Notes under the pieces: model-generated
Seen by the model: the letters and a program-made list of their open reading frames with translations, nothing else
Told to the model about the DNA's origin: nothing
The model's database searches: none
Source: Iphione sp. A-MEVVRFRX5
Taxonomy: Eukaryota
DNA length: 64,000 nucleotides
Reading direction: 5' to 3'
Assembly: GCA_976226885.1 (NCBI GenBank)
Contig: OZ320322.1
Coordinates: forward strand, 47,554,001-47,618,000
Made by a program: the position numbers and the translations under genes
Shown: positions 1 to 13,832 of the stretch, in pieces
Layout of the letters: every line of letters starts with the position of its first letter
Position numbering within the stretch: the first letter of the stretch is position 1

Positions 1-53
1 GGTGATGTACAGTAAGGATACGTCCGAGCTAATGCTTTCTTGATGGAACTCAC

Positions 54-170
54 CGACAAACCTCCTACTTCTCCTCCTGCTCCTCCTGTGCCTCCTGCTC
101 CTTCTGTTCCTTCTGCTTCTCATTCGCATCCTCAATAGCCGCGATATTGTGTTCAGGATGCCAGCACGTA
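54..170 (-). CDS. Candidate internal coding exon (117 nt, phase 1-1) encoding an Arg-rich, furin-site-like peptide; gene continues off the window start
   Basis: On the minus strand, a pyrimidine-rich acceptor (atctttgttttctccccggacag) precedes 170 and a consensus donor CG|GTGAGT follows 54. Length is divisible by 3. Only one frame is open: RAGILNTISRLLRMRMRSRRNRRSRRHRRSRRRSRRFV. The E/Q/K-rich alternative frame hits TAG inside the exon. Confidence 0.4.
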
Positions 171-3100
171 CTGTCCGGGGAGAAAACAAAGATGATAAAT
201 AGTTTCCCTGAGGTGATTTAGTGTTATAATACAGCAGGAATGTGTCCTGGCATTTGCTTACACTTTTTCCTGCATAACTGTGCAACATATACAATACCTG
301 TAATGTATTGAGACAGGGGAATACATTTTGTCGCCTTTGTTTGTCTAAAACAGCAAATATCTTGACTGATGTTCACATCACTGCCATATTCAATCTATGT
401 ATTTTTGTGTGTGTGTAGAAATGTATATTTTATGTTTCGTGCGGCATTTTGAGCTCTTCTTCTGTTCTCTCGTCTAGGTGTTTTTTTCAAGATAACTTCG
501 AGTGGAAAGCCTCGCGGTACTTTCACACGTTTAGTTTTTCTGCCGACTCACTCATATCTTTTATTCGTTTCAGTACTTGAAGTTTCACAAAACCGAGTGT
601 TATTTCCTTCGTTTCTGTCCCACTGTGAAGCGATCCCGTTTGCTTAACTTCCGAATTACAGGGCCCGCTAGTTTGGCACCAATGCATACAGAACTGCCCA
701 ATAATCCAGTGAAAACGCGTGCAAATGCCATCAGAGGTGCTGTGTTGAGGTTTCAGGAGCCCCGGTATACGACTTCCGTACAAAGAGCAGCTTGTGGCTC
801 GTATGGATGGCTCCTGAGCAGCTCCTGATGAAGTTACCGGGCAGCCCCTGACTCCTGCCGTGTCCCAGGTGCCTCATCCACAGCCCGCAACCTCCCCACT
901 TCCGACTAGGACCCCTTTGTTGTTAGCTCTGTAATGTGTACAATCCTTCTTCATGCGCCCGGGGCAAACATCTCGTCATCGTCCATTCAGCTTCACGCAT
1001 AAGCCTTAGTGAAATCTTTCATTTCTTTAAGGTGGGGAAACCTTTTGCATGACTCTCCCAACCTTTCAGAGGATTTGTTTTATTTGTTTCGCCCCAGTAG
1101 TCGCTGAAGCTATCGTTACTTCTCTCTCGCTAAAACAATAATATAGTATAGAAACATGACTTGATTAAGTTGGTTTCATCGATGTCGCCATAAGTGTAAT
1201 TGTAGTTCCTGAAATACGAGGTGTAATCGCATTCTGGTTGTTAGGTTAAAAGGACGTTCGCAGAAGGATTAGGTGATAGTTGGAGGCACTGAGAAACTCT
1301 ACGATAACACCACTTGACCAAGTTAATCTTAAACCCTTTCATGTTGAAGCATTCAATCCATGCTAAAAGGATGGAAAGGGAAAGGTTTTTGATTTGTTTC
1401 CTTTTCTTCCCAAATTACACGTTGAAATTAAAGAAAAGCACCTTAAATCCGTTCATTTTTTCAAATATCGACAATAAATTGTGTCGACTAACTCCGTTGA
1501 ACTCCTGCCTAACTCATTAGCGTCTTTCCAGTGGCACGTAGAAGAAAATAAATTAGATTCTCAGATCAGCGCTGTGCTTATTGCTGCCTTCATTAACACC
1601 GCCCCACCGTAATCTCGATCAGAACGTCAGTGTGCGGTCGTGACAGACATATAGAAACGACGATAGAAATAAAATATGACTCTGACTGTCGTGTTGAAAG
1701 AAAAGACAGATTTTATAGGAAGGTCCGATGGTGACATATCTACTTCTTTTAAACTTTTTTTTTCATTTGGTACCAATCAAACACAAATTTCTTGCAAAGA
1801 TGTGCTCCTGTTGTATTGATACCATATAAGTATAGGTACAAATACACAAATAAATGCAGAAGGAGTGTATAAGATAGTAAGGGCTAGAAAAGCTGCCTTC
1901 AATATAACCTATGGGCGGAAGAAGGTATGTAAAGACGAAGTAAGACAGGACTTTCGCATAAGACAATAGGGCCTTACTTAGACTAGCCTTCTGAGTAGCA
2001 AGGTATCCATCGCAGGAAAGAAAGACTAAGATGGCAGAGAGGAAGCAAATCGCTGCTATTAGGCCTAAGAAAGAGTCCTTAACCTCGATGGAATTACATC
2101 TTATTTATTGTGGCAACATTTAGAGCAATGAAGAGTAAACATGGAACTAAACAGGACAAGATAAGATCATTTCTGCGAAAATATGAAAGGGAACATTTAT
2201 TTGACTTGAAGGTACCCTGATGTAATTAATATCTGACCAATGTGGCAATGCTGCTTGATCAAGACCGACAGTGAGTGGGCTTGTGTAACCAAGTTATGTT
2301 GCAATGCAATTGACTTTGAGTCAAAGTCCCAGTGTGAAAGCTATTTTGTATCAATTTGGGGGAGGTAATATACGAGAGGGAAACAAGAAAAACGAGAAGA
2401 CCTGATCATTTAAAAACCTGAGACGAAAGTAGTAAATGTTTGGCTGATATACAAACAAGGTTGTATTATAGTGGTATTGGATGGATTTCATTTATTGCAT
2501 TTTCAGAATCATCTGTATAGTAATGGACATCTCATACCATCTCATTTAAAATGTTTGTGGAAGCTGTAAACCAGGAATATGCTGGAGCGACATGCATACA
2601 AAAATGTATACTATACCAGCGGAAATAAAGACTAAAAAATAGGTAAGTCCGGGAAACAGAACTACATCAGGAAAGACCAAAGTTCATTCAATAGCTGTGA
2701 ACGTTTAGGTCAGCGTGGAAAGTAGTGGAATACACATATTAAACTGTAGTTAACAGTAACTATCTAAGAACTAAAAAAAAATGGAGATGACTCAGGCACG
2801 CATGTTCACCAGGTAAAAAAGTAAAGCCAAGAATATCATAGGCCATGATATAATTAATATTGATGTTAGAAACAGACAATAGTGCATTTATTTTGCTGAC
2901 CAAAACGTCATTTAAACAGTATTTCTGTATGTTAGCAGCTGTTCAAGATGCATGTATGTCGTGTCGCTTACAAAAACAGCTCTCACAAATCACGAAAGGC
3001 AAAAGTAACTCTTACTTACGCAAAAATGTAAGTACAATGCACATGCATCGGGACACGATCTGATACGGTTTGATTACTGATGGCCTAGCGAAAAATAAGG

Positions 3101-4675
3101 AATATTGATAGTCTTTCAAGATTGGCCTCACACGAGAGACAAGAGAAGGTGGGTGGAGCTGGAGGGTGTGGTTCTGTAGGAGCGGGTCACAGTGAGCTGC
3201 TCGGGCTGAAGCCAATAATATAGATCCGCTCAGCACGTGCTGTCAATGAGCCCACAAGCAGTCGTATTGACAGTGTAAACTCTTGGCTAGTACTCCAACC
3301 TTGCCTTATCTCCCGTGGACTGCAGATTCTTGAAAGTGAGCTATATTTATATGTGTAAACGAACAAAAAAGAAATCTGTTCACCTGTTCCATATCTTCGT
3401 GCACAGCGTGCCTTTGAACCGTGGTATTGTTCCTCCAATACACAGGCGAATTACTCGAGCACCATTTCCAAGCAAAAGCGACCAGTCACGTAATGCTAGC
3501 AAAGTGCTGGATTCCATTATACCGGCAAAACCCGTCGCTTTCGTGCACCCCATGACTTAACTGGTCGCACTGACCGAACGGCCAATTGCCTGGATTGTTT
3601 TCTGAGGCACCACAGATGTAATAACAAAGGCATGGTGGACTTTTTTTTCTCATTGCGCTCGCTTTGCTTTTTAGCTTAGAGTATGTCAACAAACGATAGC
3701 AGAGAAGGACCGGCTCTACCGGCTTCATTTACGAATATGGACGGGTTCGCAATAAACTCTATACCATTTCTAACATCGCAGGAATGGATCTCATCACCTG
3801 AAGCAAGACCCGGACCCCACAAAACCGATCACATATATCCTCCTGCAAACACGTATACCTCTAGCTGAGCTGACACCGCGATGGTAGGACATGAGTACTA
3901 CAGACAGCTACTCCGTGAAGTATTTTCGAATCTCTCCGAGAATGTCCTTTCCTGATATATGTGCCTTGGGCACGGCCGGCTATTCTGGTCGGAATGTGAG
4001 GTATTTTAGCAGGAAATCGTTATCATTTTAACGTATCTGGACTAAGGTTTAACGTTGAAAGCTTACAAAGCTCTTGGGATCATATTTCTCCTTGCAGGCA
4101 AAAGCATTTCGTGTCCCCTTTCTCTGTAATGCATGCCTTCCTATTCTATGCTTTTTTCAGTACCATTTCAGGTAAACGCCTTACGGGAACTCTACTGGAA
4201 TATCTGGTGGAAAACTTCGTACCGCAGGCTATAATTATCAAGAGTAAACTACACGCTTCAAATTACATAATGGGTATTTTTTTTTTACACGAGAGAGGTA
4301 GGTCAGTGGAATGCCCTGTTTGCTCTACTATTCCTGATGATCGGTGGGCGGGTGGCTTGGGAGCGTAAATTATACTGGAATAGAGATCGTCCCCCGGGGC
4401 CAGCCCTGGCATCTCTGTGTACTTGGCATCTAAATGACGGGCAGTGTCCACGGCGGAAAATGGCAGCGCTACTTTGTAACCCACCTTTTGGGCTGGTCGC
4501 GCCTTGTGGTTTCATCCATAAAACATAGAGAAAGAGTCAAGTGGTTGACAGGAACCTGAATAAGCCGTGTACAACGAAGACAACGTACGTTATTGACCTG
4601 TCCTTAGAGTAGGCCTTATCGTGGGAAATAGTTGTTTGGAAAGCAATGTACATGTATTTTTATCAATGACGTGTA

Positions 4676-4783
4676 CAGTGGAACCTCTGTACTACGGCCA
4701 GCAGAACATGAACATATAGATATGGTTCTATTTCCAGCCTGTACATTATGTGGGGTTTCCTTAATAATAGAGGGGTCCCACTA
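4676..4783. mobile_element. Short pogo/Tigger-type MITE remnant (Tc1/mariner superfamily)
   Basis: TA|CAGTGGAACCTCTGTACTACGGCCAGC left end closely matches the TIR of the element at 39072-39249. The right end is degenerate (ggggtcccacta). Confidence 0.5.
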
Positions 4784-7700
4784 TGTGCTAAAATATCTCC
4801 ATCTGACTTTGAGGACCTGATTATGAAGGTTACTGGGTTTTAGAAAGGATGCTAGATGATACTGGATAGCTGGGTCTTGGTATGATCACACGAAAAAGCA
4901 CACAGCCTGCTCGTAGAGATATTCACGTTGGCGTACTATGTCGTGTTTTTACTTAATTGCTGCCTTCTTTGTGCGCCTTGAAAGTGCATGTGTACATGTA
5001 CAAAAGAAAATGAAAATTAAGTCATGAAGAACTTGTCTGATAATTATTAATGAGGCTCTGGTGGAGGCTTATCTTGGGCAAATTATAATTCCTAATAATA
5101 CTATTTCCGGTCATGAGAAATACAAATGAGCTAATTTGTATCAATAATATAAATTAGGTTATCATAGCAAGTGTAGCTCTTTAAATCCTGCTCTAAACCT
5201 GGGGTGAACATATGTGTATGTGACATATGGTGGGACAGGTATAGAATTAGACACTGGCCTTTTCCATATTCTTCAAGGCACAAAACAGATCTTCTCTACC
5301 CTGCCAGTTGTAATCGTCCACCCTGTTGCATGGTCCGGTGGAATCCTTGATTTTTCAGGCAAGGTCCTTTTGAATCAGTCTGCTTAAAATCCTCCGCTTT
5401 TCTATAGCATGCATCGCAGTCATCTCAGAAATGTCTCATTAACTCACGTTCACGTCGTTCGTAAGTTCAGTGGAGCAAATAAGAGCAATTAAAGCATCAA
5501 TGGAATCAGATGAGCTTTTTTTTAACGAAATCAAGACAGTGGACGGTACACTCTGAAGCCTTTGTAAGACAGAACAAGAGGTCAGAGATGAGCGAAGGCA
5601 AGCTATCGACAATTATTACTTAAATAAAAGTCCTCATTCACGTTACTGATTAAATGCAAAATCCTTTCCTAGCTTAAGATCAATGATGTTGTTTTTATTA
5701 CAAAATAATACTCTCAAAACACGCTCTCGACGTATTAATGCTTTACAGGTCTGTGTCGTCGAATTCTCGTTTCCATGAGATCAGTAAATGAAAGAGAATG
5801 ACAAAGATCATTATTTATAGATACTACATTGTGTAGTTGCTTATCTTTACAGTTTTACAAACCTATTCTCAGATTCAGGGCCTAATTTGCAATATTTCAA
5901 GAACGTGTTCCATGTACTGTCTCAACAAGACGTTGAATAACAGTCTTGAATCTTGAAATAGGAGATTTCAAAGGCTGTCAGATCGGTCGCTGCATGATAG
6001 CTTGTCCCAAACTAATTTGCAACTTCCTAAAAATCTACAGTTCAGGTTCTGGGCAATTACTTGTGGATGTGAGACATGTTCCGAACTGAACAGAAGAGAC
6101 GACGGCCCGACTGGAAAGCGGACGCCTACACATCGACTACGTTTGTTTCGGCTTATACGCCCACCCAGCCGCCCACCCACAGACCTTTCCTCCCTCCCAA
6201 CCACCAGTGCAAATACTCGCCCGAGACGGCCTGCCATAGATGCGGGGAATCTTTTGCACAGTGGGCGTTTGGCCTGTCATAGAGCATCTCTGAGCTGCAG
6301 TCAGCCAGGCGGCCGCCGCCGCCGCAGCCTCTGGACTACGGAGCCGAAAGACAATACCCACTGCTTGGCATGCTGCCCAGTCTCGGGAAGGTGCGAGTCG
6401 TTCCGGTGGCGGCTGGTAGCCCGAACGAGCCAGTCTGAAGACCCGGCTCAGAGCAGCTCCTGAGCGCCTGGGGAGGTGCTCGTGCCAGAGTCACTCCCCT
6501 GAAAAAAGATTGGCTGAGTGAAGCCCTGTATGTTTGCAATTGAAGAAGCTACGAGTAAGTCTTTCAAGAGTTAGTGAGGCGAGGACTGTCAGTCACACAA
6601 CCATCGGGAGTTGCTCAAGGCGGTTGCCGCCGCGGAAATAGCAACTCATTAGGAGGGAAGACTTTTACTTCCAAGGCTGACGTACGAAAGCGATAGGAGG
6701 TGCGCTGCTGGAAACTTTAGTAAGTCACCGTTCTTTATATTTAGTTCAGAAACTGTTCTGTATACGTGCGGTAGAACATGTATACACGTGTATACCAGAT
6801 AATCCATCTCATTTATATTATGTATCATATAACTTCATATTCTCAAACACACATAGGGCCTTCAAGGGTTTCTTTCCTGGTAAAACGTCTTAAGACGTCT
6901 TTTCATCTCATTTGCCAGTGCTGTTAAGCTTCCTTTTCATACTCGTTTAGATCCGCCTTCCACGGAACAAGGCATCGCACGAAAGTGTATTGTCTTTGCT
7001 CTCAAGAACTTTATACCTACAGCGCACGCCCTCGTTCCTAGTAAAAAAAAGGTGCACTTCATTGGAGAAGTCGCGGGGAGTCGTGCCTCTTGATAGTCTC
7101 CTTCTCGGCAATTGCCTTTGTTGTGGGCACTTTACGGGGTATTTTACTGTCTCGCCGGCGCCAGCATCATGGGGATGTAGGGTGGTGGGTGGGCAGGACT
7201 GTCATCCCTGCTTGTTGACTGTGCGGGACCGCTCGTACTTCCCGCGTCGTTTCCGTCAATGCCTACTCTCTGGGTTCAACCAACGAAGCAGCAATGAATA
7301 CACTATAAGAGATCCATGCAAGTCCTCTTCCACCATGCCGCCACTCAACGTCCGCTCCCCTAGTATGGCAGTCGTGTCCATACGGTTCATCTCAGTCTAA
7401 AATCTGCTCTGAATAGACGCCAATTGCAAGTGAGGTTCTGATTTTGAAAAATGGTGTGAGGAACGTATAGCCAACTTTCCTCCTGAGGTTCTTATATATG
7501 TACAATTTTTAAGTTATCGCTCTTTCGATGTACAGGGGGAGCAACAAGCTTATCTTGCGTATGGATGGAAGCCAAGTTTGCATCCCGAACAATACCAACT
7601 TACACACAAACAGGTTTGTATACTATCCACCATAAGCTAGAACATCTTGTTGATACCAATAGACGTCTTTCTCGTAATCCATATCCCCAAGAAAAACCTT

Positions 7701-8684
7701 CGCTGAACCTCTTAGCGATAGGGAGACTTGTCCGTCCATGCCAAGCTGGAAGTTTTTTTTAAATACCGTAAACAAATGTTTTAACACCAGAAGCACATCA
7801 TGAGTGAAAATGAAACCACAAAAAAAGAACAAGATAAAGAAACTTTGATGTGTCTATTTCTTTAAGGGATAGTCTTTCAATAAGGCGCTCCGGAGTTACT
7901 TTTTTGCAATGAATTTACCAAATGTTGGCGAGCAGGTTATCCTTCAGAGTTCTGCACTATTTTTTAAAGGGACGGCTTGAGATCATGCCGTTTGGAATCA
8001 TTACCAGTATCCCTGCCTCTTTAGATAGAACGTATGTAGCATATAGCTAATTGGCATTTGACAAGCTGTTAATATTCTTTTGACACTGCACAACACCATG
8101 GGTATGCATGTGATAGATGCATAACTAGTGTGTGGGTGTACGTGAAATGGTCATACAGAATGGATTAATACTCTCGCCGAAGTAAATAATACAAGATAAA
8201 ATAGGGGCATGTAAGTTCATGATTGACATATGAAGATCAGGCAATGTCAGTTACAAGGGACAAAATAGTGATTCAGCATACACCGTAGTTTTATCGAAAA
8301 AGAACTGATACAAGTTATTGTGACAAATATTGGTCCGCGGTAGATCCGCTTGACTTTTCAAAGTTGCCATGATGAATTACCGTAGGATATGATCAAAAAA
8401 GAGGAAGCACCTGCAAGACGAGGGTTTGGGTTGGATTCGGCGGATGCAATACAAAAGGCGCATTTGAGGATAACGGGGCGACAGAGAAACAATAAAACGT
8501 TACCAAACGAAGCATCCGTCAAACCGTCAGGCTACGTTAATCTGCCGGCGCTGCCATGACCGTACGGTTGGGGTTAGGATTACAATGCCAGGGTCAAAGC
8601 ACTGATTCGTTTTGGTTTCCACACGGTCGTTGTGGTGCGCACGTACAGTGGCATCAAGTTTGGATCGATCTGTCTGTGGAGAAT

Positions 8685-8686
<2 letters not shown>

Positions 8687-8723
<37 letters not shown>
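8687..8723. repeat. (CA)n microsatellite
   Basis: Direct reading: uninterrupted AC dinucleotide run. Confidence 0.97.
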
Positions 8724-8725
<2 letters not shown>

Positions 8726-9636
8726 GCTCCCCGTCCTGCCCAAGCAGATTCAACAAATGACCAGATAGTGTTAGGCCGAGAACCCTGCATGGGAAATTAT
8801 GCAATTTATATTCTGACTACGTCAACATTTCAAAGTTATTTCTCTCCGCTAGATGACACAAAGCAGGCCTCTCATTTTGCAACATAGAGTACAATATCCA
8901 TTGGAAAACGCTGTAATTATTTATATTATATGATTGCTTTTACCGGCACCGCATCCAAAGTGTCATTTTCCATGCATTCGTTACTTAGTTGCCCTGGCAT
9001 TTGTAATTGTATCTCGTAGGTACTGAATAACAAAAGCAATATATACACGTACAACGTATTCCTTGATGCATATCGTGCTGCGTTTATGCTATCAATTGCA
9101 ATGCAGTATAATTGTATTTCAACGTACCTGTCAGGTTTTCCAAATAGTATTTTTTTAAGTTATTATATTTATTTATTCACAGTGTTTATCGTTCGTTTTC
9201 GAGGATCTCGAACAATGCCTGTTGTCCAATTCACATTTTATCTACTACTTACATTATTAGTCGAATTGCAAATTTCCGGACAACTCCTTTGTGTGAAATA
9301 TAGTCCAATGAAAATTGATAAAAGTGTTACTATTATTTAGCGGCTTCAGATAGCGCCCTAGTGGAGGCTTTCTTCATACATATCCCATACATCCTAGCAA
9401 GCACAACATATATTGCAATTAGCAAGTTCGATAGTTCATGGTTATTGTTGTTGTTGTTCTTGGCAAATATTCAAGAATGTTGTTTGTCGGGCAGCTTTTT
9501 TTTCCTTGGATAATCCATAGATAAGAGCCTTCGTCATACTGTGAAGGGGCGAGACATGTGTAGGTAAGTGGATAACTTGTGAAACAGGTGGCTTGTCTGG
9601 TGCACACACCTTGGCAGAGCCGGCATAGTCCCATCT

Positions 9637-9641
9637 ACACA

Positions 9642-9674
<33 letters not shown>
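9637..9674. repeat. (CA)n microsatellite
   Basis: Direct reading: AC run with one interruption. Confidence 0.95.
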
Positions 9675-9678
<4 letters not shown>

Positions 9679-10149
9679 TCGCTCAGTGGCGATGGCACTA
9701 GGCTTAACACATATCAAGCGCACACTCACACACAGTAAGGGGCCTCGCTAGGGGGAGAAGAGCCTAGAGCCCACCAGGCGGCGCATGTTAGCCCGCCGTC
9801 GACAGCGCCCACTAGCGACGGGCGACGGCCTCTGGGATTAGCTACGTGCCTGGTAGAAGGTGTTTGCGCCATGTTGGTAATGGGGAGGTAAGGGTCATGA
9901 GCGAAGATGTGAGGCGGCGCTTGACGTACGGACCGGTTCAAGGTGTACTCAGTGCGGGGCTATCAGGTTAGGGTGAGGAATGGGAGGAACGAGCCTTTTG
10001 GTAACATCCACTCATCTGGTTAAGTTGTAACAACAGCCGTGTCTTTACGTTTTGCTGGAGTTCATGACCAGACTCCAGCACATCTGTCTATGGCGAACCT
10101 AATGTTTAATGCAGTGTGAGATTTCCGCAGTCACATCAAGTGTGATCTT

Positions 10150-10660
10150 CGTCTAATGGACGGTGCAGACTGAGTGAAAGAAATGCAAAAAGAGTTCCGT
10201 TTTCGTTGGCACGTAATGGCAGGTGTGACATGTTCCAAAGGGTTGGTGAACGAAATATCGTGGCAAAAGTTATATGTAAGGGCGGCTTGTGAAGGCACCG
10301 TTTGATTTATGTGGATTTTATGCAGGGAATTCACCTCTGACCTAGCATCAAGATGATTTAATCCATGTATGTTGTATTGCATCTCACGCGTGCGCACAAC
10401 ACAAGGCTCCTCTTAATGCGAGGGCATCAACTGCATGGAATTCATAAATGTTTGAATCGGAGCGTAAATATCCAGGTTAATGGTGCGCAGAAGGGGCCAG
10501 ATTCTAATCGATGGGACTCCGCGGGTCCTCCAGCATTCTGGTGGGTGCTCTGACTGTCGTGTTTGGGGTCAAATTAGATTCAGGCAGCTCTGGTTACTAG
10601 CACCAACACACCAAGATATGGATGCATCTCCGGTGTCTCCTGTGAGGGACGGGGGGATGT
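10150..10660 (-). mobile_element. Degenerate CR1/L2-type LINE ORF2 3' fragment
   Basis: Minus-strand MHPYLGV at ~10605-10627 resembles the YLGV motif following the RT core. Downstream LHKIHINQ...RKRNSF loosely resembles CR1/L2 C-termini. Multiple stops and frameshifts. Confidence 0.4.
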
Positions 10661-11019
10661 TATAACATGATCAACCTGAGCCAAGTGCCTTGTGCGGGAA
10701 TCCTCTTCATACAAGCTGACTCTGAGTAGGTTTAGAGGGGACCTGACGATCAATGAACACCGCCGTTCATACTATAAAACACATAGAGCTTTAAGGTTAA
10801 TGTAATCGTCTCTGGGATACACACAAAAAAAATACAACACGGTCGCATTGTGTATAATATCATCGCTAAACCACATGAATGTATAGTAAACATGCACGTG
10901 TAAACCTCATAGTCGTGGAGGTATCTCTAGGCGTTATATTGCAGAACAAATATGGCCAAATGCATATTACATTTTTGGAGTCAATCATAAACTAAATATG
11001 ACCACATGGATTTAATATC

Positions 11020-11350
11020 GTAATTAAGACCAGGTACTAATAACAAGTCCATTTTCAGATACCCATTGCAAGGTGTCCCTTATTCCAAGCTGTAATTTTA
11101 ACCTGAGGGCTGTAACATTTGAGGCAGTTGCATTGACAGTAATGTCATCGACATACATTACTGTTTTTGGTTACTATATGTTTCTCTGGTAGGTCATTTG
11201 TCAGTATGCTAAATAAGAAATACTGCTTTTCACAGCATGATTGAAAGCTTTCAAGGCCATGTAGTGGCTTTGATAATCTGGCTTCTAGGCTTCTGTCCTG
11301 GGTGTAGTTCTGCAGTGGACCTGCAACGGTTGTTGATCCAAAGGTACTTT
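11020..11350 (-). mobile_element. Degenerate LINE (CR1/L2-like) reverse transcriptase fragment
   Basis: Minus strand reads LFSILTNDLP...(1-nt frameshift)...MYVDDITVNATAS...LQWVSENGLVI, matching the non-LTR RT LFxxYINDLP/YxDD/W-x-x-x-N-x-L motif order. Confidence 0.7.
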
Positions 11351-13825
11351 CATAGGAGGGTCGAAAAAAACCACCCTTATCAACCCCCCCCCCCCTCCAG
11401 CCTTTCTTTGAGTAGCGAATAAGGATAACCCGCTGCTTGAGGTGACAGCCCTCAGTGTGGTAGGGCTCAGGTGTGACATGACTGACAGGTAGTCAGCAGC
11501 ATGAGTGATATTTGCAACCATTGTTCCAGGTGTGACGAGTTGAACCCTTGCGCACTCACCCCACAACGGCATGGGGTTACAGAAGTTGCACCACGGCATG
11601 GTGTCTGGCTGCAATCTGCCATGTAGGTGCAAGGGCAGGCTTCAATGCCAGAGAGGTGGGGCTATTCCTTCTGGTCGCTCTAGCAAGCCCAGCCTCCCTC
11701 TTGTGATTACAGGTTATCTTACTCAACTCAGGACCTACATATAGTGTTCGTGGAGACTCTAGGTAGTAGTGGGACACCACCCTTTCAACCATAGAGTCAA
11801 CCCTCGGAGAGTTACAGGCTGGTCATACCATAGGCTTGGCTCTCACGAACAAGAGCAAGGGACAATACTCATGCTACTTCTCCATGCTCCTTATATCCTC
11901 ACCATGCCACCCTTAAGGGGTCTGTTTATCACGTCTTCACACAGCTGTTATGCAGTCACCACCGACAGTGATTCATCAGTCAGAAGGCAATGATGCTCTT
12001 TATGGCCAATCACAGTCCAGGTACAGTTGGTAGAATCATTACCAGCCTATCAGGGGTTGCAATTTGTGAAGTAATACAAAGTAACAAACAATTGACCAAT
12101 GGTCAAAATCAGAATTTTCTAAACATCCCAAGTGACAGTTGTGTGATTGGTCTGAGCCAATCAGTTAACAGGGTAATAGTATCTCATAGAATATCCTAAT
12201 AATCCACAGAATGTGTGGCAGCTCCACGCAATCTGCAGGTCTGCGTTTGCTGAACCCATACTCTATGACGTCACCCTCACATTTTTGACTCTTGACTATA
12301 TTGAATAATACATAATGGCCTTCTGGATATGGTATCATTTCATAACTATATCATAAATCACTTTCGACCTCAGGTGTAAAGTATCATATTTGAAGTGGGG
12401 ATCGCAACACGTTTCGTAAGTGTCGTATCGTTTCTAGACTACGTTATAAAACAGCTAAGGCTTGTCAGCATATCGCATCTTTGATCCACATTTTATAACA
12501 AATATGGGCTAGAAGCCTGGTAAATTTTAAAAGAAAAACATGACTAATGCGCATGTCATCATCTCTAGATAATATCTCTAGATAAGATAATAGGTCAGGC
12601 TTGCATTCTGCTTACTTCAACATTCTACTGTCCCAGATAATAAAGTAATTCGCTTATCTCTTCTAAACAATTCACTAGAGCCTTGAAATTGCACATTGCA
12701 CATCTTCAACATAACTGTGGCATAAACCTTAAATGCAAATCAGGTGCCGTAAGTATAAATTAGGTGCATAGCAATAATCAAAGGTGATTGGCAAGGTGTC
12801 AACGCTGGACTACATCATAAAACATGGTTTTCCTTGTTAGTCCCGTGGGTAACTAACACTTTAGTCACACACTCTTTCCCTCTCGTTTAAGGGAATGTAT
12901 GGTCGTATTTAATTGAACACTGATAGGTTGAATCAATAGATGCCTGCCTATAGCAGAATGACAAAGGTACAGAGAGTAAATGTAAGCGTGAAACTGATAC
13001 ACATTTACATCTACAGGTAAAAAGTGAGGCAGTGATTTAGAGTGAGTATTTTCCACGGCTAAGGGAACGACAGCACATAACCGCTGACGCTGACGTGGCT
13101 GGGTTTCCTGTGCCCGCCAATGTAGATGAGATGGACTTATGCATTGGTAAATGAATTGGGTGGATTATAGCAGAGCGGCTATCTCACCATGTAAAGGACA
13201 GGGGTCGGCCCGGGTCAAGGTCACTAACAGAGGTCGCTCGTGTTCTGTGGCCGGGTGTGGCGTGTTTTGAATGGCATGCTGACAGATAAACAAAGCTTTC
13301 AGAGGCTGGTATGGGCAAAGAGATTTAAACAACTGACTGGACTGTAACATGGGAGCAAAAGCATCAGGGCCAGTGGAGAACAAACCTTGAATCCCATATG
13401 AAAGTGAAACGGTACCCCAATTGGTTTTGTCAGGTTACTGTCGACAATTAAGTCGGGTTGCCTTGTTTTTTTTATTGCACTGCTTACCGGATGAATCAGC
13501 TAAATTAAAGTGATGAGCATGGAAACCATTTAAACCGAATCAACTGTTTTTTGAACCCTCACTTAAAAAATATTGATTCTGTCGCCTCCTTGTTTGATGT
13601 CCCTATTTACATTTCTCCTGCCCTTTAACAGCATTTATCACCTGATTGTTGAGGAAGATTGTGAAATTCTATCTTCAGCTCTCAAATTTACAAAACCTTT
13701 CGACAATCGTAGTCGTTCAAATGTCCTTAACGTTATCAGGGAAGGGCGAGAGGGGGGGGGGTGCAAGATTGTTTGCTTGCGGCAGGGAAGATTCCATTCG
13801 GCCAGATTGCCTGGCGATTGACTGG

Positions 13826-13832
13826 TATAAAA
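13826..13832 (+). promoter_or_regulatory. Candidate TATA box (TATAAAA) within a CpG-rich patch
   Basis: Exact TATAAAA followed ~22 nt later by an Inr-like cagtc. TGACGC-TGACGT (13085-13096) and CCAAT (13117-13121) lie upstream. No transcript evidence. Confidence 0.3.

Noticed and set aside
523-900. ORFs of 83-86 aa on both strands near the window start
   Set aside because: No recognisable motifs and no consistent splice-phase model linking them to the 54-170 exon.
2240-2520. Faint YqaJ-like exonuclease similarity (IQTRLYYSGIGWISF)
   Set aside because: Too degenerate; could be chance without a profile search.
5968-7400. GC-richer block with several 70-150 aa ORFs, possibly a LINE ORF1 or other transposon remnant
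   Set aside because: Only vague motif resemblance in broken frames; family not assignable.
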